64,000 bases of DNA from Raillietiella orientalis (lineage: Eukaryota), in contig JAYWIR010000003.1 in assembly GCA_036172245.1 (NCBI GenBank), positions 6,448,001 through 6,512,000 of the forward strand, in the 5' to 3' direction. The position numbers and the translations under genes were made by a program. This document shows positions 13,806-25,249 of this stretch, in pieces. Each line of letters starts with the position of its first letter. Within the stretch, counting starts at the first letter, position 1. The notes beneath the pieces are model-generated. The model made no database searches. It was not told the origin of the DNA and saw nothing but the letters and a program-made list of their open reading frames with translations.

Positions 13806-14653
13806 ATGACTTTGGAGCAAGCCGTTTCTCGTGTACAGTTGGAGGTGGGTAAGAGCGAATGTTGTGGATGCTTATTCAGATAATATTCATTATGTTTTTC
13901 ACCTGTGCGTTGCCAAAATTTGATTTCCATATAGCATGCGATCACACTGTAATTCGGATCTTGTGCCCTCAAATGAGTATATACGTTACGGAATAAGATT
14001 GTAAGGCTGAAATTAGGGTTAAAGTCACACCTCTTTTGCATGAGTATGGTGTCATATAATCCTCGTGAAATCTAATTCTGGACGTTTTTGTGGCTTGTTA
14101 CCTTTAGCGTAAAAAATCATTTCTTTCCTTTGCATGAATTGTAATCGTGGATAAGGTAAGAGACCTGTGAATTGTGCCATAAAGCGTTGTTAATTACATA
14201 AAAACGTGACCCAACTGCATGTTAACCCAATGTCACTGTTTTGATTAAAGAATGCTTTGGTAGTTTAATGGTTTGCAAGCAGATGCAAAAGTGTATGCAT
14301 GCCAAGCTTACAGAGAATGTGCTGAAATGATTACTCCAATGAAAGAGGTAAAGTACTCTTCAATCTGTTATTTTTTCCAAAAGTGATGAAGAAATGATTC
14401 TGGATTACTTTGTTTTGTTACTGTTTTGTTCTGTATTATATTGTTTGTTACGTGTTCTTAGAAAGATCCCGTACAGCTTGTGGATGCTATGTACTCATGC
14501 AGCGACAATATTCAAACATTAAGAACACAAGTTGATAAGAAAAAGTTGCAAATATTGGAGGACTTGCAAAGTTTGAATGAGAAATTGGACTCCCTGAGGG
14601 ACTCTGCCTCGTATTTTTCAAAAAACGTTATGGACTTTTGCAAGCAACACTAA
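13806..14653 (+). CDS. SKA2: Spindle and kinetochore-associated protein 2-like (104 aa, 3 exons)
   Basis: Exons 13806-13844, 14264-14347 and 14462-14653, all phase 0 and GT-AG, give MTLEQAVSRVQLEFNGLQADAKVYACQAYRECAEMITPMKEKDPVQLVDAMYSCSDNIQTLRTQVDKKKLQILEDLQSLNEKLDSLRDSASYFSKNVMDFCKQH*. This aligns by eye with SKA2 (EAEVDKLELMF...EKNPVTLL...YQTL). AATAAA at 14682-14687. Confidence 0.72.
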
Positions 14654-17600
14654 TCATACAATCATGAATCTGAAATATATTAATAAAAGTATAAAGAACT
14701 GTGTTTTGTTTTTTAAAATCTAAAGCATATTTTATTTACTATTTTTCTCTAGTTGATTGCATTTGAAGTTTTGAAGTCTAGGAAGGAAAACTGTTGTTGT
14801 GCCAGCAAATGGTGATGTTCCTGTCAGGTATTTTCAAGCTGTTTGAAAATAAATTTTATCCATGTGGCTGTTTTATTTCAACTTGGATTTCCATTCCACC
14901 TAATGCCAAAGCAGAACTGAACTTGTAATTACCATTCATTGATTCCTATGGATGAGTTTTATTTATTGGTTTCACATCAAAGTGCGTTAAACATTGGATG
15001 TTGATGATGTAAGGTTCAGACATGTGTTGAACGAATTTTGTTTACATATCATTCCGTAAACTTAGGTTCCTTTACTTGATAGTGCTCGTGGTAGTGGACT
15101 TGGCTGCGTTTGAACCGGAAATTACAGCTTAAACAAACATTAAAGTTAAAAAGAAAAATCTCACGTTGCATGTATTTTCACTGCACCACCTTGAGAGATT
15201 GTACTGGATACGCCAAACACTCTTCTTATTGGGAAAGTTCACTCACTTGGAGTATGTATACGTTCATTGTGTGTGATAGTATTCTCTCTCCCATGGGAAA
15301 CGCTGCGTACAAGAAGAACCTTTCCTCAGAGAGCGTTGCCTGCACACATCGAAGTGCGCCTTGCAAAACGCAGTTTGCACCGTTGTGCTCGGTAAAAAAA
15401 AAAAAAAAAAAAGTTGTCGCAGCACCTATCGAGGTGCCTGAAGAGAGAATTCGTTCCGTCGTCTGTCGCGTTTAAGGCCACGAAAAGTTGCGAAAGTTGC
15501 CTTTTCCGCTTTTGCCAGCGAGCTTCCTATTTTTCTATCCATCCTTTTCAAAAGGGAAGCCTTGCAGGTGTTCCCTGGGGCTGGCTGCCTTCCTGCCGGC
15601 TGAACTGGATGGCGATGTGCCGCGCCTCCTAAAAGTAAAAGTGTTTATCCTCGAAAAGGGAAAAGAAGAATGATCCGAGAACAAGCAGACGTTTCCAGTT
15701 TGTTACTTTCTCGCGTCTCTCGCCTGGCTCCTTTTACGAGAATGAGTGACAAATGATCTCGGGGATGTGCTGGTTTCCTTTTCGTCTCGGGATCACCCGT
15801 ACTACCACAGATCGTTGCCTCCCCCCCCTCTCTCTCTCACTCTCTTAGCTGTCTCTTTGGAGAAAGCTCCAGAGCGGGAGGAGGAGTTTGCTCTGCCGAC
15901 TCACAGCAAGCATCCCTGCATGGCGTGGATTGTCCAGAGGCAGCGAATGCAAAATTTGGAAAAGAACTTATCGATTTCCTGCCACAGGGGCAAACCAATT
16001 TTTTTTTTTTTTTTCCTCCTAGAGCATCTCGTGACTATTCGCCAGCTAATTTATGCCACTGAGAGGTGTTCACGTCTCGGTTTTCTGTGCATCCGTGCAG
16101 TTCGAATGCACGAACAAACGTTTTCGTAGAATGTTAGATTTGTAGATAAAATTCGTACACGATGCAGGCTCTATGCTTGTTGGGGCTTCGAGGTGCTCCG
16201 AAGTCCACTCGAAGGTTAGGGGAAGAGTTAAGATGGTGTGGGCGGGGGGAGGGGGGAGGGACGCCCTTAGATCCGCTGTTCGCGGGCATCCAGAGAGTCG
16301 GGGGTGTCCGAGGTGGTGTGTGCGTGCTTGTTTTTGGTTCTGTACACAGCCAACCACGGACACGTGTTTTTTCCTTCACCAAGTGCAAGCAGCTCATTTC
16401 GAAAAGAGGTCGCTCGGGGAGTCTCTGGAAGTTTTTTTCCCTCTTGGGTTGCAGGAGTGCGCCACCGTTAATGGCATCGGTAGGCAGCCTTCCGCCAGAC
16501 GACACGTAACAAGTGTTTTTTTGGTTTCGATCGACGCCGTGAATCATTTCTCCAAAGTTTGGAGGTGTCGCTGGAAAGTCCGCTTTCCCTCGCATGGCAG
16601 ATCAGATATTGCCGCACCGTTTGCGTTTTTCCTTTGGCGTTTTCCTGGATCGGACCGCCTTGCGCTGGGTGTTTGCCGAACCTGCGCGAGCGCTCTGACC
16701 TCTCCCGGCTCGAACGCGCTGTCGCATGGAACCTGGGTCAGGGAACACGGCCCCGCCAGGGTATTTCGGGAGATGCGCGAAACCTAGACTGCTACCTCAT
16801 CCGGTTGCCCGGGGATCCAGAGATCTTCCTAGACTGGCAACAAGTTCCATTGGCGAAGCCGGCAGGGAAGGGAGGGGGGAGGGGTAGGAAGGCTCTCTGG
16901 ATTTATCCCTGCAGGGGCACGTGTCGTTTCACTCGCAGTCTGTTTGTCGAATTGCATCTTGATAGCAGAAGCGGTGTAAGGTTTGAAGAGGAGGCACCGA
17001 GTCGTGCTACGGTGCTTCGATCACGTTTCGTGATAAAGCGTGTGGAAGGCATAATGTGCACTTTTATTTGCACATTTAATTCCAATTAGTGGTTATGCAA
17101 TCGATGGATGCACATCGAAAATCAATTAGAGCTAGCAGAAGGGAAGATCTGGGGTGGTGGTTTCTTTGTTTGTTCCTGCTGGTAGGTTCTCTTCGGCCGA
17201 TGCCCACGCATCGCGTCCATCCTCCGCATTCCCCGCTGCTGCTGAGTTGCTGCCGCTGCGAGCCTGCGTACCTCTTCTTTGCTGTTCTTCGTTTCATTCG
17301 GCGCCTCAGCAGTTGACGTCCTTATCTCCCGTGCTTGGGATTTTACAGTCGGAGCTTGTGTGCGGTGTTGTCTCTGTGGGTAACAAATGAGATGACTAAT
17401 TACTGTCGCAAGCTTGGGTGTCCGAGAAGGACCGGCTGAGCTTGCTCCAATGATCCTGTTGGCATTTTCTCGCCTTCGTCGAGTGGCTCAGGTAGTTGAG
17501 GAAAAGCAGCGTGCACCTAGCTGTTTTCTTCTTGTTCTTTTCTCTCTTGTGTTTCTCAGATCTGGCGTCCGAGCACCAGAGTCGGCATTCACGTGTTTCC

Positions 17601-17899
17601 TTTCTCCAAGAGAAAAGGAATTTCTCCCGCTTTTCGAATTTTCCCCAGGTTATGACTTCCTGTTTCCAGTCTTGGCCGTTCTCGCGCCGCCTCCGCGACC
17701 TGGTGATTTTCTCATGCCAACAGATGCGATTGTGCTTTCGGGACGTCTGAAAAACTCCTTTCTGTCTTTCAGCGAAGTGTGAAATGATCTGGAAAACTCT
17801 CCTGACCCTCGAGATCGTGCATTGACCAGGTCCTGTTTTGTGCCCGCGTGTTTCTTTTGAGTCTTCAGTTCTCGGTTGGCTTCCGAGTGTGACCCACCG

Positions 17900-19300
17900 G
17901 CACCTTTCCTGTACTCAAGTCAAAGCACCTGGGATGGCTCTCCTGCCTTTCCGGATTGGAGGTTTCTTTGAAAAAAATTCGCTCCTCCTTCCTCGATAAG
18001 TGAATCCGGCCTCTTTCTCTTGCAAAGTCCTCGATCCTCGCCACCCCCCAGGGTGCGGGTGGTCCGGAACCGTGCCTGCTGTGCGGATTGAGTCCGGTCC
18101 GGTCCTTCCCTCGAGCGACCCGAATGTCCGAAGAAGCCCGAGAAAGCGAAACATTCTGGCGAGGGAGGCGCCCCGTGAGGCGAACCAGAGGGGTGCTACC
18201 GCGGGTCGAAGTTCTCCCTCCAGGCGCTCCGCGGGCTCGCAACCGGTCGCCTCCGCAACACAGCCACCGGTTTCCGTGTTCGCAGGATCGGTGGGAAAGA
18301 GAGAGAGAGAGAGGAAGGAACTCTCGTCGTGGTCGTCACTCCAGAAAATCGCCCGGTTGGTCCGAGGCGGATCGGGATTCGCGCCGCAGCCTGCGGACAG
18401 GATGGGGCGCGGTAGGTGATGGACGTGCGCGCCTTCTGTCCTGCGCCTGCCTGCCTGCCTCGTTCCCACGCGTGCAACGCGGAGGCGGCGGCGCAGCCTT
18501 TCGAGCGCGCTCTGATACGGTACTTCCGCAGCAGCGCACCGTCTGCATGCAAGGTGTGCGCGCCGCCGTCCTCTCGGCTCGCGTGCTTCGCGGCTGACCC
18601 GGAACGGAAGGGGCGGCTTCCCGTGGGGTTCGCTCCGGAGGAGCGCTGGTGCTCTCCGCCTGGGCGCGGACGTGCTAATCGCAGCCGCAGCATCAGCCGC
18701 CTAGCCGCCTCTGCACGTGTGGGGACGCTGCCCCTCCAGCTGCGGAGCCGGAGAGTGAGGACCGCAGCCTTCGAACCACTCCATGGCATCCGAGCAAGGA
18801 GCAGACGCCCCAGGACGAGGTCCGGGCAGGTGGCATCGGCAGGACCCTCGACCGGTGACGAGCGTGGAGGCACGCTGGCAGCCCCTGCGTCCTTGAGGGA
18901 CGGGATTCCGACGGTGCTGTTGCCGCATCGTACGGAAGGAAGCGAGGAAGATCGGAAGCAGCAGATCGTGGGAAAAGGGGGGCGCTCTTGGGGGAGGATC
19001 ACGAGACGACCAGGAAGGAACCGGGGCGACCATGACCCAAGACCGTTTCGCAGTCTCCGGCTGCCGTCGCCGCTCTGTCCAGAAGCTCGGAGCGTGCGCT
19101 CATCCTTCGAGCTTTTCTTTTGCTTCGCCGAGTGCCTCGGGAGCCGTCGCGATCCTGACGGCTCACGCGGCTCTTCGATGCCGCTCCACGCCACCGGAGG
19201 GTGCACGCTAACTCTTCGAGTTAGGAGGCACCCGGGCCGAGGGGTCACCCTATGAATCCAAGAAGGGCTCCGGAGGGAGGAGTCCGTTCCTCTCAAAGCT
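17900..19300 (-). mobile_element. Highly decayed L1/Tx1-like non-LTR retrotransposon 3' fragment (copy 1)
   Basis: GCVAEATGCEPAERLEGELRPAVAPLWF parallels CVRCGERESLPHLLVDCVALRPLWF of copy 2, and GIPSLKD resembles the GGLGIP thumb motif. Boundaries are approximate. Confidence 0.4.
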
Positions 19301-19330
19301 TGGGAGGGGAACCGTCCGTCCTGGTTGCTT

Positions 19331-19806
19331 CCGATTCCCACCCGGACGCGCCGGGACGTCTCTTAAAGTCGGAAAGAAACACCTACATTGTGGTAGGAGG
19401 CGCGTGGTTCTACCACACCCCGTTTGTCGACGGATCTGCCGGGTCGCCAGTGTGAGTACAGGCGGGACTCCCCTGGGTGACAAAGGGCTCCCCCTTCGAC
19501 AGGGAAGAAAAGCAAAAACGAAAAACAAAAGGAGAGTATTTGAAAAATCTTGGGGAGGGTCGGGAAGGTGACCACTGCCCGATTTTCACCCAGATTTCGC
19601 CGGGTCGTTTATTTAGAAATAAACTTTACAAAAAAGATGTCAGTGGCTGTAGCAATGCTCTAGCCACGCACGAAGAAACGGAGCCTGCCGGGTCATCGGT
19701 TCGCAGACCGGTACGGTCCTCCAAGGCAGCAAGGGGAGGGGGTAAAACAAAAAACTAAACAAAAAGAAAAAACAAAGGAGTGGGAGGGTACGGGAAGGGA
19801 TCACTG
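19331..19806 (-). repeat. Tandem diverged duplication (~230-250 bp units) of a structured LINE 3' UTR
   Basis: Units 19806-19579 and 19577-19331 share, in order on the - strand: CAGTG..CCTTCCCG.ACCCTCCC, a CTCCTTT(T)GTTTTT U-tract, GACCCGGCAG..TCCGT, a GTGG...CCAC hairpin, and ACG.CCCGGCG...TC.GGGTG..AATCGG. Confidence 0.8.
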
Positions 19807-20900
19807 TTGCTGCTGGGGCCGCATCATCCTTCTCAGGATGCCGGCAAGCTCTTCCTGCATTCGCGGATCCAGGTGGGGCCATCGCGACTCCCTCCTCAGG
19901 AATTGGAGCCCTGGATGGCATCCTTATCGCGTGGTCCTCCCGTAGCCGTTCTCCAAGCGGCGACGATCCCGCGAAGGCAGCACAAGGCTGCTATCGAGGC
20001 CGCTGGCCGAAGGGCTTCGGCAACGAAGAGGGTTTTCAATGCGTCCCTGGGGTTGTCGCAGGGGATACCGATGGCCGCGGCAAAGCGGAACCAAAGGGGC
20101 CGAAGGGCAACACAATCCACAAGGAGGTGGGGGAGGGACTCCCGTTCCCCACACCTAACACAATTGTGATCGACCGCTCCCCAGGTCCAGTGGTGTCGGC
20201 GGGCGTTGCAGGGGAATCCCCAATGCTGCAACAGTAGAGCCGACTCCTGCCATTTTAAGGGGAGGGTGGAAGTGTTCATGAGCACCGGGGGCCACTTCAG
20301 ATGTTTAATCGGAACATCGAGCAGCGCGCCCCAGCGCAGAAGTCCATTGGGAGGCGTACTCGGGGTCGCAGCGTCAGTCAGCTGACCCGTCTTCCACTCT
20401 CCCTGCTTCTTCTCCTTTCCGGAGATGGTTGCTTTAACCTCCCACTTCGCCGCAACATCTCTGTCCTGATCTTCCATCAGGGAGGCCAGCGCAGCAGCGA
20501 GAGGGGTTCTTCCTGACCACGCTCGCTTCTTCGGATCCTTCAGGATCTCTCGGAGCGTGCAACTTCTGTAGCACCCAAAAAGGAACCGTCGTTCCTGTTG
20601 GGAGCGTTGCATGCCGCACTGTGCCCACGTGCGAACTGTTTCCTGCATCCAGGCACTACCGTTCGCGGGGCGACAGGTGATCCATCCTTGATTTTTCCGA
20701 ACCAAGGCAGCCACCCTCCTCAGCTGAAGCCCACATCGGTTGATGCGGGAGCGATGGAGTGAAAGAAAGGACGTGAGTCCCATCTTCCCGGTGGCTTCCT
20801 TGACGAGGAGACGTGCAGGGACGCACCAGCAGGTGCACTACAACTTCGGCACAAGGGTCAACATCCGGAACTGGAGATGAAGCTCCAGCCGCTCCAATGT
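19579..20900 (-). mobile_element. 5'-truncated L1/Tx1-clade non-LTR retrotransposon (copy 2, best preserved; zf-RVT C-terminus)
   Basis: ORF 19896-20783 has the L1-type C-terminal CCHC finger LLQHWGFPCNARR...CVRCGERESLPHLLVDCVALRPLW, followed by a U-rich 3' UTR with AATAAA (- strand, 19608-19613). Confidence 0.8.
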
Positions 20901-20999
20901 CAGGAGACCGAGACCGCAGTCCCGAGACCGTGACCACTGCCCGATGGAAGGAGTCCTCTGCATCCTTTCTTGGATTTCGGATAGGTTCGATCGAATAGG

Positions 21000-23900
21000 T
21001 CTCATATGGGGGCCGTCTCTCCGCCTTCCGCAAGAAACAGGAAGTGCACGCCCGACGGCGTCCCCCCGTTTCTTCCCTCTGTCGGCTTTGCTCTGGTCAG
21101 CCGCAATCCCGCGGATGCAGCAGAGCACCGCTGGGGCTGCGGCTGGCTGCTGCAGTACCCCGAAGGGAACCCCGAAGGGGGGGAACCTCTTCCCTGTTCT
21201 CTCCGGAGGGATTCCCCAGGAAGTATCCTCTACTTCTTCCTCCTCCCTCCTGAGGAGGGTTCCCAGACAGGGGCGCAGCTCTCTACACTCGGGAGAGGCG
21301 TCACCCATCCACCAGCTCCATGGTACGAGATGGGGGGGTCTTCCGCTAGGGAGGGGATGTGAAAAAACAGAGGGGCACCTGAAGGGCTCCCTGATCTCTG
21401 GAAGGACCCCGGAGGGTCGGCTCCTAGTCCGGGCCACTCATCGGGGTCATCAATTTTTTTTTTTTTCCAGCTTCCACCGGTACCTCTCCCGGTTACGAGC
21501 CAACCAGTGTCATCTTGCAGGGAGGGGGGAAGGGGGGGGGGAGGGAGACTCGAAATCTGAGACGCTTTACCCTTCCGTTTTCGGCGTCGATCCTTCCCCG
21601 GGCGGGATTCGAACCTGCGACGCCTGGTGGCGCGCGTGGGGATGGCAGCCACGTGGTCTCCAACTCCCCCTTAGAGTAGGGTAGGGACTTGCAAAACGCG
21701 CCTACACAGGGGAATGTGTGTAGGGGGGAGGTCCGTGGTCCAGGAGGACAGCTTCCAGCAGAGACCATGTCGCCCCCGATGAGCGAGGCAGCCCAGCGCC
21801 TCGCCCGGGACGAGCAGCTCCCCTTCCGAGAAGGGGTGTGGGAGGAGGGGGGCGTTTCTAGGCAACGGGCCACGGAGGATGAGGTGAAAAGCGAACAGTT
21901 GCGAGCGAGTGAGCGAGCTCTAGGAGGGAGATGGAGGGGGACCTGAGGCAGCTGTGGGGAAGGACACGGGGTCAGTCTGGAGCGAGCCAGGAGAGGGAGA
22001 GCGCGGAAGGCGAGGGAGAGGGGTGCCTCCGTCTCCTTGGATGCTCAGTGGATGGGATTCACCCTCCTGGACGACGAGAGGACCTCCTTCACGACGCTTC
22101 TGCTGCCCCTGGGAGGACCCAGGACTCCCGCGCGGGCGGTGGCGCACGACGCGAGGAGACATCGCTTTCCGAGGGTCGCCAACAGAGAGGCATGGTCTCC
22201 CCCTTTCCGCCGACGGCAGCAGTGGCCTCCTCGCAAGTGTCTGCAGCGGGAAGAGAGAGAAACCCCGAGAGGGGGGGAGCGACTCCCCCACGGCAAGGGA
22301 AGGAGCTGCAGAACTCCCGGCCGCACGGCCCGTGTCCCCTTAGGAAAAAGCAGAGACTCTCCTCCGGCGAAGGGCGTTCGAAGCGACAGAGGATGAGGAG
22401 TCGTGCGGGAGGCAGACCGGTACGGAACGGGCGGAAAACAGGACCACGGGGGCGGCTGCCCGCGGGAGCTTCCCGACCAATAAGGGCGTGGGAAGCAGGA
22501 GAGGGCGGCTCCCCTCTCCCGTACCTCGGGGGTATCCGGCGCCAGGGGCCCACGATCGGTCGGAAAAACAGGCCAGGGAGACTCCTGTTACTGTCGTTCC
22601 TCAGGATCGCTTAGGAGTGCCCCGCCCGAGAGTTGAGGGGGAGGGATGGAAGCTGCGAGGAACCTCTGCGTTCGGGGGACTGCATCAAAGGGAAGATGGG
22701 GCGGGCGAGCGGGTCGGCTTCACTACCTCCCCCCCACATGGCACCCCAGGGGCGTCGCAGAGGAGGAGGACGCCCACGACACTCCCGCCGGTTCTTGGGG
22801 CCTGCTGACGCCCTCGCCAGGTCGAGGGCTTTGAAGGGTTGGCCGTCGCTTCCGAGGCAAAAGGTTGCGGGGGCACCCTTCCTGCGGCGGCCCCTACGCG
22901 CTGAAAGCGCGGATGTCTCAAGGACGCAAGGAGGCACCGGGGATGCGCACTTTGCTCCCACGGGGGGAAGGGGGATCCCAGGTGCCTCCGTGGCGGCAGC
23001 TGCGATGGGCCGCCGGGAAGCCCTGTCGCCGTTCGATAGGACGGCGCTCCTCCGCTCTGGGGGAGCTGCGGGAATCCAGTCGGGAGTCTCCCCGCCCCCC
23101 CTCCTCCCCTGTCCCTTCTTTCTCCTGCAACCCCGGACTCATACGCAAGGTCATCCGCTTCACCCCATCCCCGAGCGAGCTCGAAACTTCCCCCACTGCT
23201 CGGCGCCCTTCGCCTCTCCGCAGAGGTAGGGCACTGAGCAGCCCAGCCCGGGTCGACTCCCTGCGTGTCGAATCCCCCAGGTCTTCGTCATCGCACCCGG
23301 AAGCCCGCAGGCTCCTTCGCTGCCTCTCCCTCAACGCCTGGCCTCTGCTAGGAAGGGTTTCGCGAGGCGCGTGGTCACCTTCACCCGGACTTGCCCAAGT
23401 CGCACCCACCCCTGAAGCCACGACCGAGCGGGATGCCTCCCTAGCGAAGCGCCGTAGGCTGCAGCCTAGACGACGCACACGACCCTGACGCACCTTGGTA
23501 ACCCCGAACGTGGTCACGGCGCAGAGGTGACCACGCTTGGGTGCGCCGGAATCACCTCGCTGGCGGGAACGAGCGCGTCGCGTCGTCACCGCCGAGACTG
23601 CCCCTCCCCTCCCCCTTCCCCGTCTATTGGGCTCTCCTTCGGAGCGGAACGTCGTTCCTCCCCTCCTCCCCCTTGCCGGAAAGGGCTTTTCGTGCTGCGA
23701 CCTCAACGAGGGTTCCAGCGACCTCGGCGTCTCCCCGGCAACCAGCTCATAGGCCCTGTACTCACGCGCCGCGTTTCCGCTCTGCGCGGCTTCAGCGCGC
23801 TCCAGTGATCACCCCGCCGTCGCCGCGCGGGTGGCGGCGCACCGCGGAACATCCAAAACGCCGCAGAGGCTTCGTCGGTCCCTGCCGCCAGGCAGCAGGG

Positions 23901-24520
23901 ACAGCGCGGGTTTCCTCTCCTAGGGGGGAGGGAGGCAATGACCACTCTGCCTGCGGCAAGGTCTGCAGCGGCGGCGGCGGCGGAGAGTAGTCTGGCCGCA
24001 GCTCCCCCCTCCCTCGCCTCGTCAGGAAGAGGCCGCTCGCCGCCGGGGCTGGCCGACGTGGGCTGCAGGCCAACTCCGCCACGAGTAGGCTACAGGCAGG
24101 AGGGGCAGGTCCCAAACTGAGGAGCAGGGAGCCCCCTCCTCGCTCTCTCCTCCGATAGGCCGCCTCGAAGCGGTCACCTCCCGGAGCAGCTTCGATTTCC
24201 ATCGCTGTCCCATGCGGGAGGGTGCAGGTGCCCAGGGGGATAGGATACTTCGCCCTTGGCACCCCCGGTCCCTACACAGGCGGGGCCCTCTTCTGCAGAG
24301 CAAACTCTGAGCGGGGGCACTGCCGGACGGGACGTCTGCGGTGCGGACACCGAGAGGAGGAGGTTTTTTGGAGGGAGGAGGCAAGCATAAGGCGGCCAAT
24401 CCTGTCCAGGTGGGGGACGGCGGACCGGGAGGCGAGGTGACCCGCGAGGGGGCGTGCTCCACGGCGAAAATCCTTTCAGGGACGCTCCCTCCCGCCAAGT
24501 GATGCTTCCCTCTGCCATTT
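21000..24520 (-). mobile_element. Decayed near-full ORF2 of an L1/Tx1-like element (copy 3)
   Basis: Frameshifted motifs occur in the expected order: possible APE remnants ~24.1-24.5 kb, LGSDGQPF (PGxDG, ~22850), SFHP..LNS (RPISLLN, ~22640), LILCRFERP (LDFEKAFD, ~22385), RGSPGSS (QG motif, ~22120), and C-terminal ECRELRP...AAPAVLCCIRGIAA (~21100-21290), which matches DCVALRP...ASIAALCCLRGIVAA of copy 2. Confidence 0.65.
21454..21690 (-). mobile_element. tRNA-derived SINE-like insertion nested in copy 3
   Basis: The - strand head TCCCT...CGCAGGTTCGAATCCCGCCCGGGGA has an intact B-box/T-arm at ~21595-21620 and a degenerate A-box. A ~130 bp body and an A13 tail (T run 21454-21466) follow. There is no clean cloverleaf and no clear TSD. 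Confidence 0.55.
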
Positions 24521-25249
24521 AGCCATTCGGGGAGAGGAAGGGAGGGGGGGAGGAAGGGTGCCCAACCGCGGACTACGTAAAACAGGGATTAATCGCTGGG
24601 CGGAATGCGTGGAGGACTTCCGGATGAGCTCTTCGATCTCGAGCGGGCGGTCTTCTGCGGGGTGCCACCCGCGTCTCCTGCGGGATGCTTTCTCGCGTCT
24701 CTCCCCTCCCCCCTCCACTCCAGGTCTCGGGGAGCCGCAAACCGCTTTGCCGTTGCCGAGGGGAAGGACCAGCAGCAGAGCCCGACCGGGCGCGCCCAGC
24801 CCCCGAAGCGTTCGGGCGCAACCGCGGAGCGGAGAGCACCTCGCAGGCCGGCAGCGACTCGCTCCCTGGGGGCGGAATCCAGGAAATGCAGATGCCTCTC
24901 GGGGTGGGAGCAGGCTGGCAGGCAGGGGTGGGACAGGAAGAACCTGCCCCGCCCCGCACGGTCTTCCGGGGACGAATCCAGGCCTGGATCCATGGAAACG
25001 CTTGGCGATCGGACTTGAAGCCGTGCCTTGCAATCGGCAGGTCCTTATCGCTTTGCCCGCCTGCTCGATCCCAAAGACGCGACTCGCCCGAGGCCATCCG
25101 GGGTCGACACGGAATTTTTTTTTTTTTCTGCGTTCGGAAAGACGGAGTAGGTCACGACAGGAGCTCAGGCCAGCCCGGATCGATCGTTAGCGTTCTGATT
25201 TGCAGGAGGGTGAACGAAGCCCTGAAAAAAGGGGTCAAAGAGGTCAAGG

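Noticed and set aside
21595..21690. Functional tRNA gene
   Set aside because: Only the T-arm and part of the acceptor stem are intact; D and anticodon arms do not form. Treated as a SINE head.
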